From: Bispira polyomma
Taxonomy: Eukaryota
Assembly: GCA_965649765.1 (NCBI GenBank)
Contig: OZ287758.1
Span: forward strand, 25,854,001-25,918,000
Length of the DNA stretch: 64,000 nt
Direction of reading: 5' to 3'
Position numbers and translations under genes: made by a program
In this document: positions 39,201 through 52,759 of the stretch, piece by piece
Position numbering within the stretch: position 1 is the stretch's first letter
How the letters are laid out: each line of letters starts with the position of its first letter
The notes under the pieces: model-generated
Told to the model about the DNA's origin: nothing
The model's database searches: none
Seen by the model: the letters and a program-made list of their open reading frames with translations, nothing else

Positions 39201-42200
39201 TATCAGTTGTAACTTCAGGCTGAGTTGTGACATCAACACTGCTAGTTGTTTCACTGTCTTCTGTTGTGGATACATCTTCTATAGTGGTAGATATTCCTCC
39301 AGTAGTGATAATGCTAGATACTGTTATGTCTTGATCAGTTGTAACTTCAGGCTGAGTTATGACATCACCACTACTAGTTGTTTCACTGTCTTCTGTTGTG
39401 GATACATCTTGCTCAGTGGTAGATATTCCACCAGTAGTGAAAATGCTAGATACTGTTATGTCTTGATCAGTTGTAACTTCAGGCTGACTTGTGACATCAC
39501 CACTGCTAGTTGTTTCACTTTCTTCTGTTGTGGATACATCTTGATCAGTGGTAGACATTCCACCAGTAGTGACAATGCCAGATATTGTTATGTCTTTATC
39601 AGTTGTAACTTCAGGCTGAGTTGTGACATCAACACTGCTAGTTGTTTCACTGTCTTCTGCTGTGGATACATCTTCTAGAGTGGTAGATATTCCACCAGTA
39701 GTGATAATGCTAGATACTGTTATGTCTTCATCAGTTGTAACTTCAGTCGGAGTTGTGACATCACCACTGCTAGTTGTTGTAGGTACATCTTGTTCAGTGG
39801 TAGGCATTCCACCAGTAGTGACAATGCTAGATGCTGTTATGTCTTTATCAGTTGTAACCTCATGTTGAGTTGTGACATCACCCACACTAGTTGTTTCACT
39901 GTCTTCGGTTGTAGGTACATCTTGTTCAGTTGTATGTATTCCTCCAGTAGTGGCAATGCTATCGGTTGTTATGTCTTTGTCTGTTGTAACCTCAGACTGA
40001 GTTGTGATATCACCCACACTAGTTGTTTCACTGTCTTCTGTTGTGGACACATCTTGTTCAGTGGTAGACATTCCACCAGTAGTGACAATGCTATCTGTTG
40101 TTATGTCTTTGTCTGTTGTAACCTGATGTTGAGTTGTGACATCACCTACACTAGTAGTTTCACTGTCTTCTGTTGTAGATACATCTTCTTCGGTTGTATA
40201 TATTCCTCCAGTAGTGACAATGCTACCTGTTGTTATGTCATTGTCTGTTGTAACCTCATGTCGAGTTGTGACATCACCCACACTAGTTGTTTCACTGTCT
40301 TCTGCTGTGGATACATCTTGTTCAGTTGTATGTATTCCTCCAGTAGTGACAATGCTATCTATTGTTATGTCTTTGTCTGTTGTAACCTCAAATTGAGTTG
40401 TGAAATCACCAACACTAGTTACTTCACTGTATTCTGTTGTAGATACATCTTGTTCAATTGTATGTATTCCTCCAGTAGTGATAATGCTATCTGTTGTTAT
40501 GTCTTTGTCTGTTGTAACCTTAGGCTGAGTTGTGACATGACCCACACTAGTTGTTTCACTGTCTTCTGTTGTACTTACATCTTGATCAGTTGTATGTATT
40601 CCTCCAGTAGTGACAATGCTATCGGTTGTTATGTCTTTGTCTGTTGTAACCTCAGGCTGAGTTGTGACATCACCCACACTAGTTGTTTCACTGTCTTCTG
40701 TTGTAGGTATATTTTGTTCAGTTGTATGTATTTCTTCAGTGGTGACAATGCTATCGGTTGTTATGTAATTGTCTGTTGTAATCTCAGGCTGAGTTGTGAT
40801 ATCACCCACACTAGTTGTTTCACTGTCTTCTGTTGTGGACACATCTTGTTCAGTGGTAGACATTCCACCAGTAGTGACAATGCTATCTGTTGTTATGTCT
40901 TTGTCTGTTGTAACCTGATGTCGAGTTGTGACATCACCTACACTAGTAGTTTCACTGTCTTCCGTTGTAGGTACATCTTGTTCAGTTGTATGTATTCCTC
41001 CAGTAGTGACAATGCTATCTGTTGTTATGTCTTTGTCTGTTGTAACCTCAGGCTGAGTTGTGACATGACCGACACTAGTTGCTTCACTGTCTTCTGTTGT
41101 ACTTACATCTTGTTCAGTTGTATGTATATCTGCAGTAGTGACAATGCTATCTGTTGTTATGTCTTTGTCTGTTGTAACCTCAAATTGAGTTGTGAAATCA
41201 CCCACACTAGTTACTTCACTGTCTTCTGTTGTAGGTACATCTTGTTCAGTTGTATGTATTTCTCCAGTAGTGACAATGCTATCTGTTGTTATGTCTTTGT
41301 CTGTTGTAACCTGATGTCGAGTTGTGACATCACCCACACTAGTTGTTTCACTGTCTTCAGTTGTAGGTACATCTTGTTCAGTTGTATGTATTCCTCCAGT
41401 AGTGACAATGCTATCTGTTGTTATGTCTATGTCTGTTGTAATCTCAGGCTGAGTTGTGCCATCACCCACACTAGTTGTTTCACTGTCTTCTGTTGTGGAT
41501 ACATCTTGTTCAGTGGTGGACATTCCATCAGTAGTGATAATGCTATCTGTTGTTATGTCTTTGTCTGTTGTAACCTTAGGCTGAGTTGTGACTTCACCCA
41601 CACTAGTTGTTTCACTGTATTCTGTTGTAGATACATCTTGTTCAGTTGTATATATTCCTCCAGTAGTGACAATGCTATCTGTTGTTATGTCCTTGTCTGT
41701 TGTAACCTCATATCGAGTTGTGACATCACCCACACTAGTTGTTTCACTGTCTTCTGTTGTGGATACATCTTGTTTAGTGGTGGACATTCCACCATTAGTG
41801 ACAATGCTATCTGTTGTTATGTCTTTGTCTGTTGTAACCTCAAATTGAGTTGTGACATCACCCACACTAGTTACTTCACTGTCTTCTGTTGTAGGTACAT
41901 CTTGTTCAGTTGTATGTATTCCTCCAGTAGTGATAATGCTATCTGTTGTTATGTCTTTGTCTGTTGTAACCTTAGGCTGAGTTGTGACATGACCCACACT
42001 AGTTGTTTCACTGTCTTCTGTTGTACTTACATCTTGTTCAGTTGTATGTATTTCTGCAGTAGTGACAATGCTATCTGTTGTTATGTCTTTGTCTGTTGTA
42101 ACCTCAGGCTGAGTTGTGACATCACCCACACTAATTGTTTCACTGTCTTCGGTTGTAGGTATATTTTGTTCAGTTGTATGTATTCCTCCAGTAGTGGCAA

Positions 42201-45200
42201 TGCTATCTGTTGTTATGTTTTTATCTGTTGTAACCTCAGTCTGAGTTGTGATATCACCCACACTAGTTGTTTCACTGTCTTCTGTTGTAGGTACATCTTG
42301 TTCAGTTGTATGTATTTCTCCAGTAGTGACAATGCTATCTATTGTTATGTCTTTGTCTGTTGTAACCTCAAATTGAGTTGTGAAATCACCCTCACTAGTT
42401 ACTTCACTGTCTTCTGTTGTAGGTACATCTTGTTCAGTTGTATGTATTTCTCCAGTAGTGACAATACTATCTGTTGTTATGTCTTTGTCTGTTGTAACCT
42501 GATATCGAGTTGTGACATCACCCACACTAGTTGTTTCACTGTCTTCAGTTGTAGGTACATCTTGTTCAGTTGTATGTATTCCTCCAGTAATGGCAATGCT
42601 ATCGGTTGTTATGTCTTTGTCTGTTGTAACCTCAGGCTGAGTTGTGACATCACCCACACTAGTTGTTTCACTGTCTTCTGTTGTAAGTACATCTTGTTCA
42701 GTTGTATGTATTTCTCCAGTAGTGACAATGCTATCTGTTGTTATGTCTTTGTCTGTTGTAACCTTAGGCTGAGTTGTGACATCACCCACACTAGTTGTTT
42801 CACTGTATTCTGTTGTAGATACATCTTGTTCAGTTGTATATATTCCTCCAGTAGTGACAATGCTATCTGTTGTTATTTCCTTGTCTGTTGTAACCTCATG
42901 TCGAGTTGTGACATCACCCACACTAGTTGTTTCACTGTCTTTTGTTGTGGATACATCTTGATCAGTTGTATGTATTCCTCCAGTAGTGACAATGCTATCG
43001 GTTGTTATGTATTTGTCTGTTGTAATCTCAGGCTGAGTTGTGCCATCACCCACACTAGTTGTTTCACTGTCTTCTGTTGTGGATACATCTTGTTCAGTGG
43101 TGGACATTCCATCAGTAGTGATAATGCTATCTGTTGTTATGTCTTTGTCTGTTGTAACCTCAGACTGAGTTGTGACATCACCCAAACTAGTTGTTTCAAC
43201 GTTTTCTCTTGTAGGTATATTTTGTTCAGTTGTATGTATTTCTTCAGTGGTGACAATGCTATCTGTTGTTATACCTTTGTCTGTTGTAACCTCATGTCGA
43301 GTTGTGACATCACCCACACTAGTTGTTTCACTGTCTTCTGTTGTAGGTACATCTTGTTCAGTTGTATGTATTCCTCCAGTAGTGGCAATGCTATCGGTTG
43401 TTATGTCTTTGTCTGTTGTAACCTCAGGCTGAGTTGTGACATCACCCACACTAGTTGTTTCACTGTATTCTGTTGTAAGTACATCTTGTTCAGTTGTATA
43501 TATTCCTCCAGTAGTGACAATGCCATCTGTTGTTATGTCTTTGTCTGTTGTAACCTCAGGCTGAGTTGTGACATCACCCACACTAGTTGTTTCACTGTCT
43601 TCTGTTGTAAGTACATCTTGTTCAGTTGTATGTATTTCTCCAGTAGTGACAATGCTATCTGTTGTTATGTCTTTGTCTGTTGTAACCTTAGGCTGAGTTG
43701 TGACTTCACCCACACTAGTTGTTTCACTGTATTCTGTTGTAGATACATCTTGTTCAGTTGTATATATTCCTCCAGTAGTGACAATGCTATCTGTTGTTAT
43801 GTCCTTGTCTGTTGTAACCTCATATCGAGTTGTGACATCACCCACACTAGTTGTTTCACTGTCTTCTGTTGTGGATACATCTTGTTTAGTGGTGGACATT
43901 CCACCATTAGTGACAATGCTATCTGTTGTTATGTCTTTGTCTGTTGTAAGCTCAGGCTGAGTTGTGACATCACCCACACTAGTTGTTTCACTGTCTTCTG
44001 TTGTAGGTATATTTTGTTCAGTTGTATGTATTTCTTCAGTGGTGGCAATGCTATCGGTTGTTATGTATTTGTCTGTTGTAATCTCAGGCTGAGTTGTGCC
44101 ATCACCCACACTAGTTGTTTCACTGTCTTCTGTTGTGGATACATCTTGTTCAGTGGTGGACATTCCATCAGTAGTGATAATGCTATCTGTTGTTATGTCT
44201 TTGTCTGTTGTAACCTTAGGCTGAGTTGTGACTTCACCCACACTAGTTGTTTCACTGTATTCTGTTGTAGATACATCTTGTTCAGTTGTATATATTCCTC
44301 CAGTAGTGACAATGCTATCTGTTGTTATGTCCTTGTCTGTTGTAACCTCATATCGAGTTGTGACATCACCCACACTAGTTGTTTCACTGTCTTCTGTTGT
44401 GGATACATCTTGTTTAGTGGTGGACATTCCACCATTAGTGACAATGCTATCTGTTGTTATGTCTTTGTCTGTTGTAACCTCAAATTGAGTTGTGACATCA
44501 CCCACACTAGTTACTTCACTGTCTTCTGTTGTAGGTACATCTTGTTCAGTTGTATGTATTCCTCCAGTAGTGATAATGCTATCTGTTGTTATGTCTTTGT
44601 CTGTTGTAACCTTAGGCTGAGTTGTGACATGACCCACACTAGTTGTTTCACTGTCTTCTGTTGTAGGTATATTTTGTTCAGTTGTATGTATTTCTTCAGT
44701 GGTGGCAATGCTATCGGTTGTTATGTATTTGTCTGTTGTAATCTCAGGCTGAGTTGTGCCATCACCCACACTAGTTGTTTCACTGTCTTCTGTTGTGGAT
44801 ACATCTTGTTCAGTGGTGGACATTCCATCAGTAGTGATAATGCTATCTGTTGTTATGTCTTTGTCTGTTGTAACCTTAGGCTGAGTTGTGACTTCACCCA
44901 CACTAGTTGTTTCACTGTATTCTGTTGTAGATACATCTTGTTCAGTTGTATATATTCCTCCAGTAGTGACAATGCTATCTGTTGTTATGTCCTTGTCTGT
45001 TGTAACCTCATATCGAGTTGTGACATCACCCACACTAGTTGTTTCACTGTCTTCTGTTGTGGATACATCTTGTTTAGTGGTGGACATTCCACCATTAGTG
45101 ACAATGCTATCTGTTGTTATGTCTTTGTCTGTTGTAACCTCAAATTGAGTTGTGACATCACCCACACTAGTTACTTCACTGTCTTCTGTTGTAGGTACAT

Positions 45201-46712
45201 CTTGTTCAGTTGTATGTATTCCTCCAGTAGTGATAATGCTATCTGTTGTTATGTCTTTGTCTGTTGTAACCTTAGGCTGAGTTGTGACATGACCCACACT
45301 AGTTGTTTCACTGTCTTCTGTTGTACTTACATCTTGTTCAGTTGTATGTATTTCTGCAGTAGTGACAATGCTATCTGTTGTTATGTCTTTGTCTGTTGTA
45401 ACCTCAGGCTGAGTTGTGACATCACCCACACTAATTGTTTCACTGTCTTCGGTTGTAGGTATATTTTGTTCAGTTGTATGTATTCCTCCAGTAGTGGCAA
45501 TGCTATCTGTTGTTATGTTTTTATCTGTTGTAACCTCAGTCTGAGTTGTGATATCACCCACACTAGTTGTTTCACTGTCTTCTGTTGTAGGTACATCTTG
45601 TTCAGTTGTATGTATTTCTCCAGTAGTGACAATACTATCTGTTGTTATGTCTTTGTCTGTTGTAACCTGATATCGAGTTGTGACATCACCCACACTAGTT
45701 GTTTCACTGTCTTCAGTTGTAGGTACATCTTGATCAGTTGTATGTATTCCTCCAGTAGTGACAATGCTATCGGTTGTTATGTCTTTGTCTGTTGTAACCT
45801 CAGGCTGAGTTGTGACATCACCCACACTAGTTGTTTCACTGTCTTCTGTTGTAGGTATATTTTGTTCAGTTGTATGTATTTCTTCAGTGGTGACAATGCT
45901 ATCGGTTGTTATGTAATTGTCTGTTGTAATCTCAGGCTGAGTTGTGCCATCACCCACACTAGTTGTTTCACTGTCTTCTGTTGTGGATACATCTTGTTCA
46001 GTGGTGGACATTCCATCAGTAGTGATAATGCTATCTGTTGTTATGTCTTTGTCTGTTGTAACCTCAGACTGAGTTGTGACATCACCCAAACTAGTTGTTT
46101 CAACGTTTTCTCTTGTAGGTATATTTTGTTCAGTTGTATGTATTTCTTCAGTGGTGACAATGCTATCTGTTGTTATACCTTTGCCTGTTGTAACCTCATG
46201 TCGAGTTGTGACATCACCCACACTAGTTGTTTCACTGTCTTCGGTTGTAGGTACATCTTGTTCAGTTGTATGTATTCCTCCAGTAGTGGCAATGCTATCG
46301 GTTGTTATGTCTTTGTCTGTTGTAACCTCAGGCTGAGTTGTGATATCACCCACACTAGTTGTTTCACTGTCTTCTGTTGTAGGTATATTTTGTTCAGTTG
46401 TATGTATTTCTCCAGTAGTGACAATGCTATCTGTTGTTATGTCTTTGTCTGTTGTAACCTGATGTCGAGTTGTGACATCACCTACACTAGTTGTTTCACT
46501 GTCTTCCGTTGTAGGTACATCTTGTTCAGTTGTATGTATTCCTCCAGTAGTGACAATGCTATCTGTTGTTATGTCTTTGTCTGTTGTAACCTCAGGCTGA
46601 GTTGTGATATCACCCACACTAGTTACTTCACTGTCTTCTGTTGTAGGTATATTTTGTTCAATGGTAGTCATTCCACTAGTAGTGACAGTGCTAGATACTG
46701 TTATGTTTTCAT
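24291..46712 (-). CDS. Mucin giant repeat exon (22,422 nt), ~170 copies of a 132-bp/44-aa Thr/Ser/Asp/Glu-rich unit
   Basis: Uninterrupted 7464-aa ORF in the track. Acceptor tttttgttcag| at 46713 and donor CAG|gtacaa at 24290; phase 1-1; all internal indels keep the frame. Confidence 0.95.
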
Positions 46713-46871
46713 CTGAACAAAAATGTACGTATGAAGCAATATTATGCTAATATATTTTTCAGAATCAAATGGGATTTGAAAACATTACAGACGGTTATAA
46801 CTAGTATTTGTGTTGTATAGTGAAGAAATGTATTTATATTGATATAACTTTATCTGGCATTTACAGGACTA

Positions 46872-47481
46872 ATTAACCTTGTCATTATCTATACAACAAC
46901 TAATAATGGGCAATATGTTCCCCAGATATAGAAATAAACTGTATTTGTTTTTATACTTTGGTCACATTACACAAATTTCTAAAGTATGCGGATTTTTTTA
47001 CATACCTCAAAGCCTTTGGGGATTTTAAAAAATTTATTTTAATAGTTTATATATCCTTTCCATATAATAAGAAATTTTATATTCTTTTTCCTGGCCAATT
47101 GGGCTAAGGTAGTGAAGGTAGAGAAACTATCAATTAAGTAATATGTGAATTGATATAATAGATCATGTTTGTTAAACACTTTCAACCCCAAGAGAAAATT
47201 ATCACTCGGAAGTGAAATCATTCTTTTGTGGGGCAATAGGTTACAGAGATAGCTAGAGTCACTAAATCAGACATCACAGACTACTTCCGGCAATAAATAA
47301 CGGGCACATAGATAATTTTTTAAGAAAGAGGAGTCTACTGTACTAACAATTTCCTATTGTGAGGAACTGAAGGAAAATAAAATAGTATTTTGGGTGTCAA
47401 GTGCTTGCCAACCGACATAGGTTCTGGCAGTAACAAATAATGCGGGCTGCTAGCCGAAAATTTAGGGGTTATATAGGTTAA
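46872..47481. mobile_element. Possible TTAA-flanked (piggyBac-like) non-autonomous element; right part also at ~16360-16600
   Basis: ttaa|cct ... agg|ttaa; 47245-47480 resembles 16365-16600. Confidence 0.4.
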
Positions 47482-48877
47482 TGATTTGACAAGGGAGTTA
47501 TGTACAACTAGGGGAAAGAAGGTTGTGATCTCTAATAAGAAAGGTCACATTTAGAGGTTAAATGTGGAGATAAGCCAATTTCCTGCCAGCCACAGGTTGA
47601 ATTTTTATTTTTGTACATCTTAGTGTAATAATGTATAAAGGTTAGGTTTTAACAGAATATTTTAAAATTGAAAGTAACTATAACATTTAAACCCAAGCAG
47701 TGTATTTCTCTACCTTTAACTGGTATTCGGTGCTAATTAACCATTTATTGACTGTATAGCCAACTAGCACCAGTAACTGTCATTCCCCTACCTAACATTT
47801 ATCAGCATCCCCTAAGGTTATCCAGCCAGCCACTAGGGATAGAACCCAATGACAGATGACCACCATTTTATGTGATAATTCCTGGATGTGTCGGTTAACC
47901 TCAGGCTTTGATCATACCCAGGTATCATGCATTCCTAAGCGTATGTGTGTGTCACGGTTACAGCTAATATGGGATAGGTAACAGCTATGTGCTAGATATT
48001 ACAAATGTCTATATTTAGATATATAGGAGATTTAGATATGCAAAGACCGATAGTAGGTACTGCATTTTTCTTGCCAGGCATAGCCTGATCTTGTTTTCAT
48101 TATCCCGCCATCCTAGAAATAATATGTAAAGCCTACATGGATTGGTTAGAAGCAATGGACCCTTCCAAACTGAGGGAGTGTGTCAGATTGGCCTGAGCAT
48201 ATAGTGGCCATATGAATGTTAGTGTATTTCACACTGTGTGTCTGATTCTTTTTTTAAAAGACATCTCTTGTTAGTACTGGCTTAAACTGCCTCTCACAAT
48301 AGATGTTGCTTCTGTAAGACCAGCTTGCTTCATAACAGGTAATATTTACTTTTACGTATCCTCTTCGCTCCAGTTTATAAGGCGAGATAAACAAGTAATT
48401 TAAAGGATGTGAAACTGAAACTGTCTTACTTCAAACATGTGATTGTGTCAAACCATATAACCATATTTGCCTACTATGGTCAATGTACTAGAGAGATTGT
48501 TGACTTTGCATTGACAAAAGTAAGGATCACATTCAAGTGTGAAATCTGTGGACCTATTGGTACATGTAAATGTATTTCTTAAATCAGATTAAAAAATTTT
48601 TTTTATCAAGAGCGGTCTGATATTGTTTTCACTCTAAAAAGGCTGCGGCCATGCTGGAAAGCGCCACCATGTTGGACATAATATGTAAGGCCTTCATGAA
48701 TTGGTTGGAAGCAATCGACCCGGCTAAACTGAGAGGGTGTCAGCTTAATATTATCAGTCGCTGCTGGATATTGCTGCCATATTAGAAATAATATCTAAGG
48801 CCTTCATAGATTGGGTAGAAGAAATTGACGTGGCCAAACTGATGGGTGTCATATTAATATTTCCCATACTGTAGCCC

Positions 48878-49526
48878 TGGGGCCGTATTCACAAAAGGTC
48901 TAAGGTCAATATTTTGTCTCAAGTCTAAGACTTTTGTCTCACACTTAAGACGAAAAATTGTCTCAAATTGAGTGGTATACAAAAAAGGTTTAGCATATTT
49001 TTGTCTCAGATGTTGCCTCAAAGTTAAGACCATTTGAAAGGTGTTTCAAGTATTTAACAAAAAGTCTCAAGCATTAATCTGTACAAATAGGGAGCAATAA
49101 TTAATGTTTTTATGATTTAAAATTAACTAGAGATATTCTATTATTTGTTACTGCACATATTAATAAATTATATGATAAATAACAACCAAAACATTTGCCT
49201 CACATTTGTATCTTACTTTAAGACACTTTTACAACACTTTTGGGCTTCAACGAAACCAATCAAGTAGATGTTAAATATTTATAAATTAAAATACTAATTC
49301 TTTTTTCTTGCTAATATGTTTTTTTTTAAATTTTGTTTGAAATTATAGTACACAAATACTATCATTTTTAATCAAATATTCAAACAATGTGTTTGTTTAC
49401 ATTTTATAGATAGATTTAGTCTCAGCTGAGATCTTTTCTGTGAATTGCAACTTGAGACTTTGTCTCAACTCCACTTTGGGTCTGTTTTTATCCGAGACTT
49501 GAGACCTCCTTGTGAATAAGACCCTG
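48878..49526. mobile_element. GGGCCGTATTCAC-type MITE
   Basis: ctg|gggccgtattcacaaaaggtct ... agacctccttgtgaataagacc|ctg (CTG duplication). Confidence 0.72.
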
Positions 49527-49804
49527 TGTCTTTTTAGAAGACAAGTTTTTAAATTGTCATGATTTATACATGCAAACACACACAAAGATAAGGATGTCAA
49601 CAGATCCGTTTTGGGGGTGTTTTTAGAGCCGCATTCATAAAATTTACATTAGTTTGCATTTACATATCAAAGAGAAATATTCTAATGAAATCCAGTTGAT
49701 GTACACAAATTCATTTTAAATGATGAAGCACATGTTATTTTAACTTCCTCTTTACATTACCAGTCTGGGTTTTATATATTCTTCTCTGCAGGATGTTTTA
49801 AGGC

Positions 49805-50169
49805 CTGGGGCCGTATTCACAAAGATTCTTAATCTTCAAATTACTCTTATTCTTAGAATTGTTTTTATAGAAAATTCTTAGATTAAGAAAAGTTGTAAGA
49901 ATAAGAGTAATTCCAGGAGTAAGAATAAAATTGTTTACAATTGTTGCTTTCTTAATCTTAGATTTGTTTTAAAAGAATTAGTACCCACAAATTTTTGTAC
50001 CATACTTGAATTATACTTAGCCTCATTCAAATTAATATTATTTTTTAAAATCTAGGAATAAGAAAAAAATTGTATTCTTTGAATTTGTGTTATAAATTTT
50101 TTAGTCTAAGAAAAATTCTAAGAATCACTGTAATTTTAGGAATAAGAATCTTTGCGAATAAGGCCCCAG
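49805..50169. mobile_element. GGGCCGTATTCAC-type MITE, near-palindromic
   Basis: ggggccgtattcacaaagattctta ... taagaatctttgcgaataaggcccc. Confidence 0.75.
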
Positions 50170-50390
50170 GAATTTTGTTTTTAAGACCACACTCATATGT
50201 GGCCATATTGAAATCAAAAGGCTTGAACTTACAATTTATCTGAAATAATCTTCAAACATGGCCTGCTGTATCATTATTCACCAGAAACATATCTAAATTC
50301 TCACTGCATAACTGGGTGACAAGGTGCTGTAGACGATTGTACCCTTCACTTAAATAATTTAGAGATAGAAATAAAATGAATTGTCTCTAC

Positions 50391-50454
50391 CTGCCCCTGT
50401 TCTTGTTGGACACAGTAAAGTGACCAAAACAGCCAACCATCCTACAGTTATCAT
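50391..50454 (-). CDS. Mucin coding exon 1: signal peptide MITVGWLAVLVTLLCPTRTGA
   Basis: Acceptor ttattttccag at 50463, 8 nt of UTR, ATG at 50454, hydrophobic core and T-G-A end. Donor CAG|gtagag is phase 1 and joins the giant exon in frame (G|AT = Asp). Confidence 0.8.
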
Positions 50455-52759
50455 CTTTTTGTCTGGAAAATAAAATAAAGCATATAAAGGAATGCTATAT
50501 ATTGTGTCGGTTTCAATTTAAATTTGTATTTAGATGCGTTTGACATCATTTCATGTCTAGGTCGTATCAGGATGGTCAGATTTTTTTTTACGATGTCGAA
50601 AAACACATGGCATTTTCTGACCTAAATTTTGATATAATAATGAGCAATAAAATCATTTGGAATTGTGAGTTATATTTTTTCCTTCCCTTGGGCCTTAGTG
50701 GTTGGTTTAGGAATTTGGTCTCTTGATCCAAAGGTTCCCAGTTTCACTCCTGTTAACACAATATTTGTCACTGAGGGATAACACATCCTTGGGGCCAGAT
50801 GTGTGAACATGGTATTGTATTTTGCATATTTTGCATAAAGTGTCTTATTTATGCAAGGCATCTTCTACAGCACAACAACAGAATCCATTATACCAATTGA
50901 CAAGTCCAAACTACACAGCCATGTCGTACATGATGGGGGGGGGGGGGGGTGTACAGGAGAGAACTAAGCCAGTTTGTATGGTTTGAAGAAAAAAACAGAA
51001 AAGTATTTCCAGGGATTTACGCTCAACTTTCAGACTATTCCGTAACATAGGGGCGCCAAGTGAGAAAGCTAAAGATGTAGTCATCTAGTGGGTTTTACAG
51101 AGGAAACCAAAAGTCTCTTTCCTTTCTTGAGGTTACCGAAGAAAAGACGAGTAGTAAGGTAGGAGGGCTGTTGAGAGACAAAAGCTTTAAAAGTGCTGAC
51201 ATGGATTTGAAACGAAATTCGATAATTTGATTAAGAACCCAATGTAATTTTCAGAGAGTATGGAGAGACATCAATACAGATGTCCAGACGCGCAGTGACC
51301 ATACCATACCAATATAGTTTGAATGGACATGCCACAATTGACCACTGATGGCGACCAATACTGTGCTGTATAACTATAACTATATATATATATATATATA
51401 GATATATATATAGTAGATTTATTTTAAATCCGAAAAGCCATATTTTATGGCTTCAAAAATTCCTTCTAGGGTGGCGGACTGTGTGTATATAGTGAACATT
51501 TTGCACCAGAAAATAACTTCAGCTATTTCATTAAATGAACTTGCTTGGTAAAAATTGATTCCCAGTAAAATTGTATTTATCTTGCTTTACTAAAAATTGG
51601 TCAACAGTGAAAATTAATTTTCAGTGGATTTCTTAAAACAATTGTCAATTTTTTCCAACTTACGCAGTATCTGACTTTATTTTATGTAGTTATTGAGTGT
51701 GTGTGACATAAACTATTTGTTCAAGGTACATTCACCTGCTACTATTCATAAAAAGTTATTTCAGGCCATATAATCTATAGTTTTGGGTAATAAATTAGTT
51801 ATTCAAGTGGTTTTCTTTGTTTGTCCAAAAAATCTGACCTTAAAAAACACCGTGCCATGCAAAATCTCCCCTTTGCAAAAGGTGCGTTGATTTATTAAAG
51901 TATGGCAAAAAATATAGATCAAACAAGGATATATTACTTCCTTATTTGTTTGGTTCATGTGGGTATTCTTTAAAGAGGTAAAAGACCATAAATCACCAGC
52001 TTTGTCAAGTTATATATCAAATCATCACTAAACCACTGAAATTATTACTCTGGAGTATAGTTTAAATTGAAAAGCATTTTGGTTTCTGTTGGTCCCCCAA
52101 AATGGGTACTTAAAACACAATTTAATTGCAGTGAATTTAGACTATTCTCAGTTACATTTCCCTTTATATATCTACGTCTTAAAGATATCATATTCCCTAA
52201 TTTTTGCAATTAACAAGTTCCCCACGTAAAATTCTTCAATTATGAAAGGTTTTGTACTGATAAGTATAGACTAAAATCACTGTAATCAATGTGTTAATAC
52301 CAACGCCAACAACATAGGGTGTCAAATAGATCATGTGGTCCAATAACTCTCATTTAGCCTACACTTCATTTCAGCTGATTCTGACGTCAGCTGACTTATT
52401 AAAATCTGAGCCGAGATACTTAAGTTTAAATACGGGCATCCCTCTTTAGTTCACTTTTTGTGGACTGCTGTCCTTCTTTTTCTGAGTCATTTCTCGTTTT
52501 TTACACTATAAGATCAGAACTACCAATATTGGCTAAAAGTCTTCATTGTCATTAGCAAAGATTGAAAATTGAATTTATTCATTTTAGTTGAAATATCGGA
52601 TAGACCTTCCAATTTTTTTGCTCCATGACCGATTACATCTGATGGTGTAACAGATGTCTGCCGACATCTGATCAGATGCAAATTTGTTCAAAGGAAGGAG
52701 TTCCTAAGATGTACAGTGACCGAAACCTTCGGCCGAAAAGGATTTTTTGGGGGGAATTG

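Larger units (their letters stand above)
28..50462 (-). other. Multi-exon gene for a giant type-I transmembrane mucin (signal peptide - T/S/D/E tandem repeats - SEA-like - Cys-rich/EGF - TM - cytoplasmic tail); 3' end lies left of the window, 5'UTR exon(s) not located
   Basis: Eleven coding exons with canonical AG/GT ends whose phases chain without a frameshift (1,1,1,0,2,1,2,2,0,0). Domain order matches membrane mucins. Confidence 0.9.

Noticed and set aside
39790-46716. 2308-aa Cys-rich plus-strand ORF and the many smaller antisense ORFs across 24.2-46.7 kb
   Set aside because: Codon-in-register shadow of the mucin exon: ACA gives TGT (Cys), and stops occur only where the sense strand uses the rare TCA/CTA/TTA codons.
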